This document shows positions 13,782 to 26,856 of a DNA stretch of 64,000 nt, piece after piece. Numbering within the stretch: position 1 is the first letter of the stretch; every line of letters starts with the position of its first letter. Origin of the DNA: Octopus sinensis (taxonomy: Eukaryota); NCBI RefSeq assembly GCF_006345805.1, contig NC_042998.1:138322001-138386000 (forward strand), read 5' to 3'. The translations under genes and the position numbers were made by a program. The notes under the pieces were generated by a model. The model did not search any database, was not told the DNA's origin, and was given only the letters and a program-made list of their open reading frames with translations.

Positions 13782-14206
13782 ATATATAAACATAGTATTA
13801 ATATATATATATATATAAATGTTGGAATATACATATATATATACACACACAGAAAGAGACAGAAGGAATGAGAAGGAGAGCGAGGGAGACTGGCATGTTT
13901 TGCAAGTAAGAAAAAGAGTGACTTTGTGACCAATTGCGGTACTTATTGGATTTTACTGCAATCCTAGCGAACAAATGAGAATGATAACAATAACTATAAA
14001 CCTGAGATTGAGGATGACCGGAGGCGTTAGAAGTTTTATGACTGTTTCATTTCTTTCTTTCATCTCCCTCTTCCCAGTATATGTGTGTGTGTGTGTGTGT
14101 GTGTGGAGAGAGAAGGAGAGAGTGGTAGATGGGTAGAAAAATAGATTAATAGTTAGATATCTGTGTGTGTGTGAGTGAGTGTGTGTGTGTGTGTGTGCGT
14201 GTGTGT

Positions 14207-14279
<73 letters not shown>

Positions 14280-14924
14280 CGAGAACAATTCTGCCAATCC
14301 ATTGCTGTATGGATAACTTGCCTCTCAAAAGAGAAGACAGGAAAGCCTCCATCTTTGTTTCTCTAATTATCTGCATGAAAAACATGAAGTTATATATTGT
14401 CGTTAGTTGCTCCCGCTGGAGAATAAACCTAGGTAAGTGTTTTAAAAGGCGACAGGAGAGACGGATGCTTACTAATACAAAAGAAATCAAATTCGACCGA
14501 AAAAGGACGCTGCACCAGATCAAGATTTGTAGGTAGGACCTTAAAATATAGGTCACTGTTGCCAGAACTGTCACTCACAGATTGGTCTATACAGCGACAA
14601 CAGATGCTGTTCTACCAATAAGACCAATGCGAGACTCCTCAGGCACTGCGATGCTCCTTTGTGTATGTGCCTATGTCTGTATGTATGCATGTGTGTGCAT
14701 ATGTATGTATGTATGTATGTGCGTGCGTGGGTACGTATGTGCATGAGCGCATGTGCGTATATGTGTGTGTGTGTGTGTGAGTGTGTGTGTGTCGATGGCA
14801 TGACTGTGTAGTCAAGAAGTTCGCTTTACAACCATGTGGTTTCAGGTTCAGTTTCACTGCGTGGCACCTTAGGCCTGTGTTTTCTACAAGACCAATGCTT
14901 TGTAAGAGGAATTATTAGACGGAA

Positions 14925-14955
<31 letters not shown>

Positions 14956-15039
14956 TGTGTGTGTGTGTGTGTGTGTTGTGTGTGTGAGCGTGCGTGTGTA
15001 CGTGTGTGTGTGTGTGTGAGCGTGCGTGTTGTGTACAAT

Positions 15040-17815
15040 CAAGTCGATCATCCTGGAAAAATCTACTCAGTGGTATTTGGCGGACTTCTGGATTTTTAAT
15101 TTGTTGTCTGTGCACACGTGAGCGTTCTGATAGTGCATAACCTGTCTGGCCAACATACAGTTCTTCACAATTCGGGCATTTGATGCAGTAGATTAAATTT
15201 CTACTTTTGCAGGTTCATATTTGCGCTGGTGAATATTTTCCCCGTTTTTGTGTTCATATACGGGCCGGTATGAATTAATTGGCATGCACCGCTCGGCTAT
15301 CATTGCATTTAGACACAGTGAATGGTTGGTGTTTGTTGCTAAGGTCAAACCTTACTTTTGTTAATAACTTTTTCAAGCTTTTAGGATGTCTTTTACTGAG
15401 ACTTTTTTTTTTTTTTTTGGTCTATAATATCTCTTAATTCCTTACTTTGAGCAGTGATTGGTAGGTTTGCTTTAGCGATATTGAAGATGTTCTGGTAGCA
15501 TGGATTGTGCGTCACTATAAATGGTATGATTTGTTCTTATTTTTCTCTTCTTTGTGTTGTCCTCAGTTGTTGAGTGGGCATATTCATAGCCCGCTGAATA
15601 CCATTTTCTATAAGTAGTGACGGGTATTTTTGTTCGAGCAGAAATTCTTTCAGTTCCATCAGGTGCTGATTCCTGATCTTCAAATCTTCTACAATGGTAC
15701 AGATTCTCCTAGCTAAGCAGTATGGTACGTTACGTTTTGTATGCAGTGGATGGCACGATTTAAAATTCGGGTATTGATGTTTATCTGTGTGTTTATAATA
15801 TATATCTGTGGTAATGATGGTGTTCTTTTTAATTACTATTATATCTAGGAATGGTAATTTGGTACTGCTCATCTCCTTTGTAAATTGGATGGATGGGTGT
15901 AGGTTGTTCAGGTGGATATTGAATTCTTCCATGGTGTTTCGAGATTTTGCCCAGATTATGAAGCAATCGTCGAGGTGTCTCTTTGATGTCTTTTCAATAT
16001 ACTTCCTAAATTCAGTGCTGTACCTCTCTTCTATTTCCTGGTAGAGTTTTGTTCTAAGTATCTCATCACCGAGTTCGCGTAAACGGGAGCAAACTATGTT
16101 CCCATAGACGTGCCTTTAATTTGGATGTAGTTCTTTCCATTGAAGAAGAAAGTGTTGTTTTCGAGTCTAATATAAATGTCACTGTGAATTTGTTGGGAAT
16201 TGCTTCTCTATGTTTATCTAACCAGTATTTAATCGCTTTTATTCCTAAATCATGTGGGATATTGGTGTAAAGGCTTACAACATCAAAACTCGGTAGGATT
16301 GAGTTTGTTTCAGATGTTTTGAGAAGATGGGACAGGAAATCGATGTCACCCCGAATGAAGCTAGGTGTGTAAGTACATAGTGGTTTCAAAATAATGTCGA
16401 TGAAATTGCTTAGACGATGGGTAGGGCATGCTGAGCCAGCTATAATTGGTTTAAGTTTTAAGTCTTTTGGATATAGTAATTTTATGTATTCACTTCCTTG
16501 TTCTTTTACTGCCTGTTGAATATCTTCTGACTTATGTATTTTTGGTAAGCCGTAAAAGTTGCTGGGTTTTGGCTCGAAATTGGTGATGTATTCTCTTTCA
16601 TTGTCAGTGAGTGAGTTGTAGTGTTTTGAAACCAGATAGTTGATCTTCTTCATGATGTGGTGATCTATATTAGAGGGTATTTCACAATAGAAGGTTGTAT
16701 CCTTCAGTTGGTCATCAACCAAATTTTATAGTATTCCACATTCATAATAACAATTGCACCCTCTTTATCTGCTTGTTAAATTATTATTGTTTCATCGCTT
16801 TGCATGCGTTTAAGTGCAGATATCTCTGATTTGTTAACATTAAGCCTAAACTTAGTACTATGTTTTAGGGGAAAGTTTTGATAGGATGTCAATATATTGG
16901 TCATGGTAGATATTTCTGCCATTTGGTGGGGTGAAATTTGATTTATTCCTTACTAAGAATTCTTCGGTCTCATTATTGTTGTTATTGTTGTTGTTGCTGC
17001 TGCTGTTGTTGTTAGTAAAGAATTCCACAAGTCGCAACCTACGACAGAATTTTTGGATATCTTCCTTTAGTTCATGGTGGTTGACTGTTGGTGTAGCTGT
17101 AAAGTTTAGGCCTTTTAACAGGAGTTGGATTACATCATTGTCAAGATCTCTTTTGGAACAATTAATTATCTTAGGATCTATATGTCCAGTTGTTTTGGGT
17201 ATGTTTCCTCTTGGAATTTTTCTTTCTCCGGTGTTTGTTGTCCTGACATTAAAAAAAAAAGAATTTTTTTCTGTTTGTGATTTCCATTTCTGTTGGTGTT
17301 AACTTGAAGATTGTGTTTTAGTTGTGTTATTTTACCTGGCTTTGTTATGTTTTGTGTCCTATTTTTGGAATTATACATTTTATTTTTCAATTTGTTTCCG
17401 GTTCTTGATCGGTTCTTTTATTCTCAGTTTTTTGCAGGTAGTCTTTGTTGAGGTTTTGAAAATGATCTATTATTTCTACTTCTAACGGCCTGATCAAAGG
17501 AATATTTATCTTGATTATGTTTTTTTGTTTATATTGTGTATATTAGAGTGTTTGATTACGAAAAGGGAAGAGTTCTTATCATAGTTCCTCTTTAACTCGT
17601 GGTGGAGCGTCCATGTTGCCCCATGTTCTGGCTTTTGTTACGTTGGTGAGATTGTTCTCTTTCACTGTTATTTCTCTGAGTTCTACAGTCTTTACCGTAA
17701 TTGGTAGCATATTTATCGAGGAATAGTTGATTCTGCTGCCATAATTTTCTTGATTTGCTCTCTTCGTTTTTGAGATATCTTTGGTCCATAGTTCTCGCAT
17801 TTTCCCCCTAGATTG
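15040..17815 (-). mobile_element. Penelope-like retroelement, RT + GIY-YIG endonuclease, disrupted ORF
   Basis: INCSKRDL..KGLNFTATP, ADKEGAIVIM, FYGLPKIHK, FDVVSLYTNIP, RHLDDCF and LPFLDI motifs, then NLIYCIKCPNCEELYVGQT (GIY-YIG, ~15145-15200). Confidence 0.93.
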
Positions 17816-18365
17816 CTAGTTTTGATATTTCATCTTCAATTGGGTTATCGATTGCTTCGTATTTGGCTTTGTAACAGGATTGTTTGTTTATACAGGGTAA
17901 TAGAGATATCGGTCCTGAATTTTATAAGGGTAAGGTCCCATCTATGTATGTATGTATGTATGTATGTATGTATGTATGTATGTATGTATGTATGTATGTA
18001 TGTATGTATGTATGCGCATGCATGTATGTATGTATGAATGTATGTATGCATGCATGCATGTATGTATGTATGTATGCATGCATGTATGTATGTATGTATG
18101 TATGTATGTATAGCATGAAATATTTGAATACTGTTCAGATTAAATTATATTTATCCCTCACTGGATGCAGTACTTCTTTTGTTAATCCTACAAATAACGA
18201 AACAGTAACTATATATATATATATGTGTGTGTATGCCTTGCATACCACACCTGTTTTTTTATGGTTATTTTTTTTATACACGCACCCATTCGTTGAGTTA
18301 GTCTCTTGCTGCTCTGAGTTTGGCGTGTGGTTGCACAGTGTCTTTAGGCAAGTTGAAGCACGTAA

Positions 18366-18413
18366 TTTACCTGAAGACACTGTGCATAAACGGGTGAAAA
18401 TTAGAGTAGTAAG
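18366..18413 (+). ncRNA. Type I hammerhead motif, partly decayed
   Basis: TTTAC-CTGAAGA-C-ACTGT/GCATAA/ACGGGT-GAAA-ATTAGA-GTA-GTAAG; stem I TTTAC/GTAAG pairs. Confidence 0.5.
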
Positions 18414-18478
18414 AGACTAACTGGACCCAAATAAACAGTGTGTGTGTGTCTGTGTATGTATGTATGTATGTATGTATG

Positions 18479-18512
<34 letters not shown>

Positions 18513-18529
18513 TATACATATATATATAA

Positions 18530-19058
18530 TATGTCTTGTAAACAACTTGCAGATGCAAGTGCTGCCAGTTGGAACCTCCGCATACCGGATGTCAGCAAGT
18601 TTATGAGGTCATCAGGAGAGAATGCGCGCGCCGTTTCGGGGCCTACCTCTTGACGGTATCAATGCTACCGGTCTCCCTCGGTGAAATGAGGCCCCGCCTG
18701 CTAGATAAACTGGTCATCAGATTTAGCTCAATATTCTTCTAGCCATTGCTCATCGTCTCTTTTTAACCAAATCCAGTGGCTTGCCTTTTTTCCACTGTAG
18801 TTTGGATATTACTCACGGTGGTATTTCCTTTACAATGAGTTAGGCCTAACGATAACAACAGTCGCCCCACACTGTGTCCAACGAATCCCCTACATACGAC
18901 TTTGGAAAATGGTCCGCTTTCCGTCCTGCGTCTTCGCATTCCTCGAGGAGTTTACATAACGGTCAATCTTTTAAGCCAAAGCAGCGTCCATGTTATCTTC
19001 ATGAGGAAACGTTAACTCGACTAGGTTTACCACTTTCTTTCTTTTACACCATATGATA
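18530..19058 (-). mobile_element. 3' end of an RLE-type non-LTR retrotransposon, HERO-like
   Basis: [64 protein letters not shown] matches restriction-like endonuclease C-termini; frameshifted; stop at 18728-18730. Confidence 0.8.
18609..18695 (-). ncRNA. Rearranged (non-circularly permuted) hammerhead ribozyme candidate in the LINE 3' UTR
   Basis: Minus strand GGGGCCT..CCGTC-AAGAGG-T-AGGCCCC-GAAACGG..TCTCTC-CTGATGA; all core nucleotides are present and three stems can form. Confidence 0.6.
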
Positions 19059-19187
19059 TTTGCATACATATCTACACAAAATATGTGTGTATGTATAAAA
19101 GTGTATATATGTATATATGTGTATCTATATATGTACACATACAAAAATTATTCATATGTGTATATACATGTGTGTACATATATATAT

Positions 19188-19240
<53 letters not shown>

Positions 19241-19285
19241 ATATGTATGTGTATATATATATATATATATATATACGTATATTTG

Positions 19286-19330
<45 letters not shown>

Positions 19331-19399
19331 GGTTGTGTGCATATAGTGTGTTATATGTTTGTATTTGTATGTACGTAAGTATGTGTGTACACACACATG

Positions 19400-19441
<42 letters not shown>

Positions 19442-20382
19442 ACACACCACACACATACACACACACATATGCAAACATCCATACATTCGCACATTTATTG
19501 CTGCTGGCTTATTTACAGGGTAGGTTGTTAATCGTTTAATTGCCGCCCAAGACACGCGCGTTTTTCCCTATAAAAGTTAGGGTAGATGGGCAGGGTATGG
19601 AACGCCGTGTTTTGATGCTACCAACCTGACTTCGTTTTATACATAATCCTAACTTTTTTGTTGGATATTTTCCTGTTGTTGACCGATGGTTTTGATAGTA
19701 AATTGTCGTGGTGGTGATCACAATAGTGCTGTTGTTGGTGCTGACGATGTTAGTGATGACGACATGACAGGATAGTTGACGGCGTGAGGTGGGGGTATTT
19801 TATTGTGGCGGGGAGGATGTTTTGTTATTCTTCGTGTCGGAGTGTGGGGAAGGTATGAGCAGTAGGCTGCAGCACGTGCGCGGTCGCTAAGGGTTGGGAG
19901 TGTGGGATGGAATCAGAGGTGAGATGTAGGGATGGGTGGGTGTTTGGGTGGAGGTGCCTGTAGTGTTTATCATATCGAGGAGTATAATAAAGAAGTTATA
20001 ACAAAACAGGATAGATAAAACACAATGAAAAACATAAAAAAGACAGATATTAGCTATAATATAAACAATACAGAAAGAAAAACAAGGAAAATATAATAAA
20101 TATAAAGATAGGTATGATAGATGAAAAAAGTGTAATTCGTGAAAGTAAAGAGGGGTGGTAGTAAGAGTGAGTGAGTGAGTAAGTGAGAGAGAGAGTGTAT
20201 GTGTAGATAAAGAGAAACTGAAAGAGGAGAGAGAGACAGAGAGAGAAAGAGTAAATAAAGAGAAGCTAAAATAAGAGAAAGGGGAGTAGATAAAAAAAAA
20301 CGGAAAGAGGGGAAAAGTGGGAAGAAGTTGAAGAGAAACTGAAATAGTAGAGGGAGAGCGGGACAGAGAGAGAGAGATGTGG

Positions 20383-20413
<31 letters not shown>

Positions 20414-21362
20414 TTAACGAAGAGAAACGGAAAGTGTGGGTGTTGGGAAATTATAAAAAAAAGAGAATAATTTAAGGAGAGGTAGATAGAGAATTTACAT
20501 TGTCTTTAAGAGGAGTAGAGAGAGCAGAATTAGAGAAGAGATACAAGGATGGTGAGAGAGAAAGAGAGTAAGGGAGAGAGAGAGAGAGAGAGAAAGAGAT
20601 AGAGAGTTTTCACATATATGTATGTATGTATGTATATATGTGTGTATGTATGTATGTATGTATGTATGTAGGCATATCAATATGATAACCTATGTATAGA
20701 GAATGAATGTTTGCATGAATGTGTGTGCATGTGTGTGAGAGAGGGGGGGAGATGGAAGGAGGGAGGGAGGGAGAAAGAAATAGAACGAAGGAGATAGAAA
20801 GGGAGAAAGAGAGAGGAAGAGCGAGCGAGATATATATATAGAGAGAGGGAGACAGACAGACAGACAGACAGACGGACAGACAGAAAAAGACAGTGAGAGG
20901 AGCCAAGCCAAACAAGTTGAGTTTGAGTGAGAAACTGAAACTAACTGAAATGAGAGAGAGGGGTGGGGTGAAAATGGGAGGAAAAGAGGAAAAGAGGCGA
21001 GAAAGAGAGACGAAGAAAGAGACGACGAGAGATAGAAAAACAGTGAGAGCGAGTCTGTAATATATGAGAGGACGATGAGACAGCTCCGGGCTAAATAAAA
21101 TGTAATTAAGCAGAATTTAAGAACGGGGTTGCTTGTAAAGGTTACAGAATAACATTTTAAATTGCGAAGTAAACGGACATTTTGTTGGGAATCATGTGGA
21201 GATATTTTCCACAAATATAAAATATGTTCCTTATTTATGACAATACGTCACTGCAGCCACATAAACCAACGACATAGTACGGTATAAAGATCATGACATT
21301 ATTCGTATTATTATTGCAGCCCTTGTGGCTAACAAAGAAAGAATTATTATCATCATCATCGA

Positions 21363-22015
21363 AGACGAAGAGCTAGGAGAATTGCTAGCAAGCCGGACAA
21401 AAATGTTTAGCGGCATTTAGTTCGTGTTTGTGTTCTGAGTTCATATTCTACTGAAGTCGACTTTACCTTTCATCCTTCTGGGGTGGATAAAATAAGTACC
21501 AGTCAAGTACTGGGGGTCTATGTAATCCACTTGCCCTTCCATTCAAAAACCTGCTGGCCCTGTGCCAAAATTTGAAACCATTATTATTATTAAAGACAGC
21601 AATTTAGCACGCTGGACGAAATGTTTAGCGGTATTTCGCCAGTCGCTACATTCTGAGTTCAAATTCCGCCGAGGTCGACTTTGCCTTTCATCCTTTCGAA
21701 GTCGATAAAATAAGTACCAATTGAACAGTGGGGTTCGATGTAATCGACTCATCCCTACCTTTTCCAAGTTGCCTTTGTAGCAAAAATTTGAAATAATCAT
21801 TAGACAACAAGCAGGCAGAATCGTTTGCTCGTCGGACAAAATGCTTACCGGAAATTCTTCAGGTTTTATGTTCTGAGTTCAAATTCAGCTGAGGTCAACT
21901 TTGCCTTTCTTCTTTTCGGCGTCGATCAAATAAAGTACCAGAAGATCACTAGAACTGGTATAATGACTTCCTCCTTCCCTTGAAATACCAAGGCTTATGT
22001 CTATTGCAGAAACAA
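21363..22015 (+). mobile_element. Three tandem SINE family A copies
   Basis: Three successive TTCTGAGTTCA..GTC(G/A)ACTTT..AAGTACCA bodies. Confidence 0.85.
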
Positions 22016-25000
22016 TACCAGTAACAGTTGCAGCACGATGAGTGACAAAAATATTATTAAAAGCATATAAATCATAACTCGGATTACCACATCATGCACA
22101 TTTTCCAAAAATAACTCTGCTAAGTACATCCTATGTAAGACACTTTCAATTCAGTAGCACAACTCAAATAGTACACTCTCTTCGCATACGTCACATATTC
22201 TATAAAGTAATTTGCCCAATACAATACAATAATTCATAGAACACATACTCTACACGATCAGCACTCAATAAAATATCACTACAGATTTCTACATAACCAA
22301 TAGATGACATTATAACACTGGCAATTCGTATAAATCACATTCTAGGCAGTTGCAACCCATTCATGCGATACAAACTACATACCTGTTCTGCAGCAAAGCA
22401 CCGACACTAAACACATACTACATACGAAACCCAAATGTCATCCTGCAAAATAACACAACTAATATGCTACGTACACGTATATTTTTTTTTTTAGCCCTAG
22501 TACTCATAAGGCTGGTTACCGGTTTCCATGGCGTATAAGTGACTGATATCACAATATTCCCCTTGAACGGGTCGCTGGTCTGTTACAAGGTTCAAAGTCA
22601 AAAAGCTTTGAGGAGAAGAGACAGGTCGATTATGTTGACCCCAGTACCTGACTGGTTCTTTATTTTATCGACCCGAATGGATGAAAAGCAAAGCTAACCT
22701 CAGCGGGATTTGAACACATGATGTAAAAAGCATTTTGTCCGACGTGCCGGCAACAATTCTTCTACCAGTTCGCCGCCTTGCTAACGTATTAAAACGTAAT
22801 TACTTGAACTCGGACGTCGAGAATTAAGTGTCTGTAACACAATGCACCCTTTCGTTTCTACGAGATATGCCGTTTTCTAGCTTCTCGGTACATCTACAAT
22901 CTATATTACTGCACGAAGATCAAAACTTTCTCTTATTTTTATCTCTAGATCAAGAGCTAATCAACCATTGTTAAACACATCTACGACAGCTCAGGCAACT
23001 CAGGCAACTGACTTTTTCATTTATAAAGGAGACGTAGGCATAACCATTGGCATTGTTGCGAGGTTAAGAAGATCATCGCTTTACAACCACCTATAACCTG
23101 GTTCAGTCCCATTGCGCGGTAACTTGGGCGAGTATCTTCCATTATAGCCCCGAACTGACCAATACCATGTGAGTGAATTAGATAGACAGAAACTTACTCG
23201 CTACGAGGGACTGAACCCTAACCTGCGTTGTCGCAAAGCAGCTTTTTAACCACGGTCATTCATGATTAACCCTTTATTTTTCTTCTGAAAAGCGATGAAA
23301 TTAGTACCAGTCATATACTTAGGTAATGTCAAATTGTTATCACGTCTTCCTGTTTATAAGGAAAAAATTGTCCCGAGAAACGAAACTCTTGAAGACATTT
23401 CCTTTTGAATTTCTCTCTATTGATAGACATCTCCATTCACGTCACTTCCGTGTAAAGGTATCAGTACTGCGTGTTTATTCCGCCGAGCATCGAGCGAGAA
23501 TAATATTCTAAAAGGATTATAGTGTAATCTCCTTCTCGGTGACAAATAAGTGAGATAAAATCGAATATCTTACTGATTAAAAAAGAAAACACCAATAGAG
23601 GCTATTTTAGCTCGCAAACGTAGAGAATTAAAAGAATATCAAACAAAAATATAAATTCGATAAATTTTTTTCCACTCTCCCTTTCTAGAATTAGTTCATA
23701 CCAGAGAAACTAGAGATTGAGAGAAATTCTGATAACTTTAGGGTGGAAAAGCAGAGAAAATGAGCGAGAGAAAGAGAAAAAGATGGGGACAAAAAGGGCG
23801 ACAGGAAGGATAGAGAGTGGAGTAAAGACAGATAAAGAGACATAGGTGATATACAACAGAGTGATGTAGTAAAGTAGCGTTCAGATCTGATTGATAGTGG
23901 GAAGAAGCTTCCAGTACGGTGATGCAGTGATGGAGCTTGTATGTCAAGATTTGTACCATCGTAACCAGGGTTGGGATGTAATACCAGCGTGACAGTCCTT
24001 AATTGACTAAGCATATTCACATCTCATAAAATCCATCTCAGCAATTTTACAACAGATCACAACACTAATTGAATAAAAGTGCTTAAAAGGATTTGATGTA
24101 GATAGAACCCGGAGCGGGGAAAGTCAACAAGCGAATGACTTCCTCAGTTTCTTTTATTTTTTCTCTTTTTCTCTCTCTGTCTCTTTCGTTTTCCTTCTTT
24201 CTTTTCATTTTATTTTATTTCATTTTTGTTGCTGATGCTGTTTTTTGACGTTTATTTACTTTTTTTTTAACCGAGACGTGATAGAACGTCCGGCATTATG
24301 GTAGTTCTGACGCGGCTCTGATCACAAACTCAATTCGTTCCTTTTATCTGCACAGAGCGAATACCTTGGAAATTGTGTAAATTTCCCGATGCCAACCGGA
24401 ACGAAAGGATCACATTGGAACAGAAAGGCGATGAATATAATATATCTATTAGATGAAGCGCTGGGAGATACATTAAGTTAAACTCGCTGTATTATGCATG
24501 TGCAAATAAGAAATATTTGTCCGGAACTTCATCCTGTACGGACTGGTGCTGCCTGAAACATTATTAAAGCTAATTAGCCTCCATTAATAAGTGTTAGTTT
24601 TGCTGGTGAATGGAAGAAGTAATGGGGATGGTGGAAGTAAGAGTTGTTTTGTGTAGGCAATTTGATCTTATGTGTATATAAATCTGCATACATCTCTTTG
24701 TGTGTATGTGTGTGTGATAGCATGAGTTTTGTTTGCTTTTTATATGTTTGCATAGCAGTATGTAAATATATATTAAAATAGGTGTTAGTCTGTAAGTCTG
24801 TGTGTGAGTCAGAGAGTGAGAGAGAGGGAAAGAAAGAAGAAGAGAATGGGCGCAGAGAGAGAGAGAGAGAGAGAGAGGAGGTTGTGTGTATGAGAGTGAG
24901 TGTCTGTGCGAATGTTTATGTGCATTTGTCAACGAAAGTAAAAATAACCGGCATAATTTAAAGCATATGCGTGTTCATGCTTTTGTTGCGGGGTGGGTAT

Positions 25001-25169
25001 ATAGAACGATTATAGATATTTATTGGATCATTCAGCTCTTCCTATTTAATTAACGGCTCCACCCAAGCTCTTTCTTATGTTACCTTTTAAGTATAATATA
25101 CATACATATCTATCATCTCGTACATTACCGTCCGACCGTCACATCTTGCCCCAGTTTTAGACTGACCAG

Positions 25170-25900
25170 TTGAAAGCGTCTGATTTTTCGCTTCTTGTGC
25201 AAAGGACATGCTCTATCGGTCAAATGGTCCATTTGCTGCCGACGTCTTCCAAGTGGAGAGCTCTGGGTGTCTTGTATGATGATGAAAAGTCTTACACTGA
25301 AACTGCGGTACTAGCAAGAGATTCCTGGACAATAAGCAGGTGCGATGGCCATTTGTTAGGAACGTTCATCCTCAGTGTGCTTCTTTCAGACAGCTGCAGT
25401 CCTGGTTCAAATGAAGACCATGACTGAACGTCTGCTACCTGGAATGTCAGGGGCTCCCAGCTCACTACTAGTCAGGCAGTGAGGCTGGTGGAACTTCCTA
25501 GTTAACTTCTTGCAGAGGAATAGTGGTGGGAAACAGTGACGAACTTCTCGGGGAAATTTTAGTTGTCAAAGAGAATTCACTGATTGGTCTACTCTGAAGA
25601 ATTTTCAGTATGAATACTATAGATAATTTCCAGATATTTATGCAAGTACTAACGGGAAAAAGTGCCGTCAGCCGAATCTGACAAAGACGCAAGCTGAGCG
25701 ACAAAGAGTTTCTTCCTACACTTGTTCAGAGTCTGAACATTGTTGGTGTTTGTAGGTATATCGAAAATTTGTTGGCTTGTGCAGGGCTGATGTGGCTATC
25801 GATCGTGTCTATCATGATGATCACTGGCTGCCTTTCTTTAGCCGTGAAAGGCAGGCATTTTCCCTATTTGATGGTCATGGTGAAAGATACTGTATGGTGG
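25170..25900 (+). pseudogene. Degraded LINE apurinic-type endonuclease remnant
   Basis: SATWNVRG at ~25431-25454 (APE N-terminal motif) and IDRV..DH-like residues at ~25800. Confidence 0.4.
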
Positions 25901-26270
25901 GAGCGACGAAATAAAAGAAAGAAAAGAAATCAGACTTTGAACTATCCTCGCTTACCTCTTAGGCCTAGCTCTCATCGACTTTTTACAGTTCCACTAAGAA
26001 AAGAAAGTAGGAGTGGATAGGGAACGGCTGTCTCTAGTATGTTTGCTGAGAGGTGGATTCGAGTGGAGAGCATGGCATGACTGAATGGGATAACTGTTAG
26101 CAAATGTCCATTTACCAGGGAATGTTGCGGGTAAGGACACTTACGCTTGATAGTCAAGTTCATCGTGTATCTGTGAGGCTTCTTAATTTACTTCTTTCTA
26201 TTAACTCCAATGTCTTGTCCCTTGTAGCCAATGAAAGAAAATATGATTATCAATATTTTATTATCTGTAA

Positions 26271-26856
26271 AGCGGCGAGCTGCCAGAAACGTTAGCACGC
26301 CGGGCGAAGTGCTTAGCGGTATTTCGTCTACCGTTACATTCTGGGTTCAAATTCCGCCGAGGTCGACATCGCCTTTCTTCCTTTCGGGGTCGATTAAATA
26401 AGTACCAGTTACGCACTGGAGTCGATATAATCGACTTAATCCGTTTATCTGTCCTTGTTTGTCCTCTCTGTGTTTAGCCCCTTGTGGGTAGTAATGAAAT
26501 AGGTATTTCGTCTGCCGTTACGTTCTGAGTTCAAATTCCGCCGAAATCGACTTTGCCTTTCATCCTTTCGGGGTCGATTAAATAAGTACCAGTTGATTAC
26601 TGGGGGTCGATATAATCGACTTAATCCGTTTGTCTGTCCTTGTTTGTCCTCTCTGTGTTTAGCCCCTTGTGGGTAGTAAAGAAATAGGTATTTCGTCTGC
26701 CGTTACGTTCTTAGTTCAAATTCCGCCGGTGTCGATTTTGCCTTTCATCCTTTTGAGGTAGATAAATTAAGTACCAGTTGCGTACTGGGGCCGATCTAAT
26801 CGACTGATCCCCTTCCCAAAAATTTCGGGCCTTGTGCCTAAAGTAAAAAAGAATAT
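26271..26856 (+). mobile_element. SINE family A head-to-tail trimer, ~185-bp period
   Basis: GTATTTCGTC starts at 26319, 26503 and 26688; only the first unit has the head. Confidence 0.92.

Noticed and set aside
14280-14440. Possible exon ending at AG|GTAAGT (~14431)
   Set aside because: No clear acceptor or recognisable peptide.
19550-19600. TATAAAAG preceded by GCGCG (possible core promoter)
   Set aside because: No downstream gene or exon evidence; the motif is expected by chance.
25900-26190. Minus-strand AG/GTAAG splice-like micro-exons
   Set aside because: The peptides are unrecognisable and the region adjoins a plus-strand LINE remnant.
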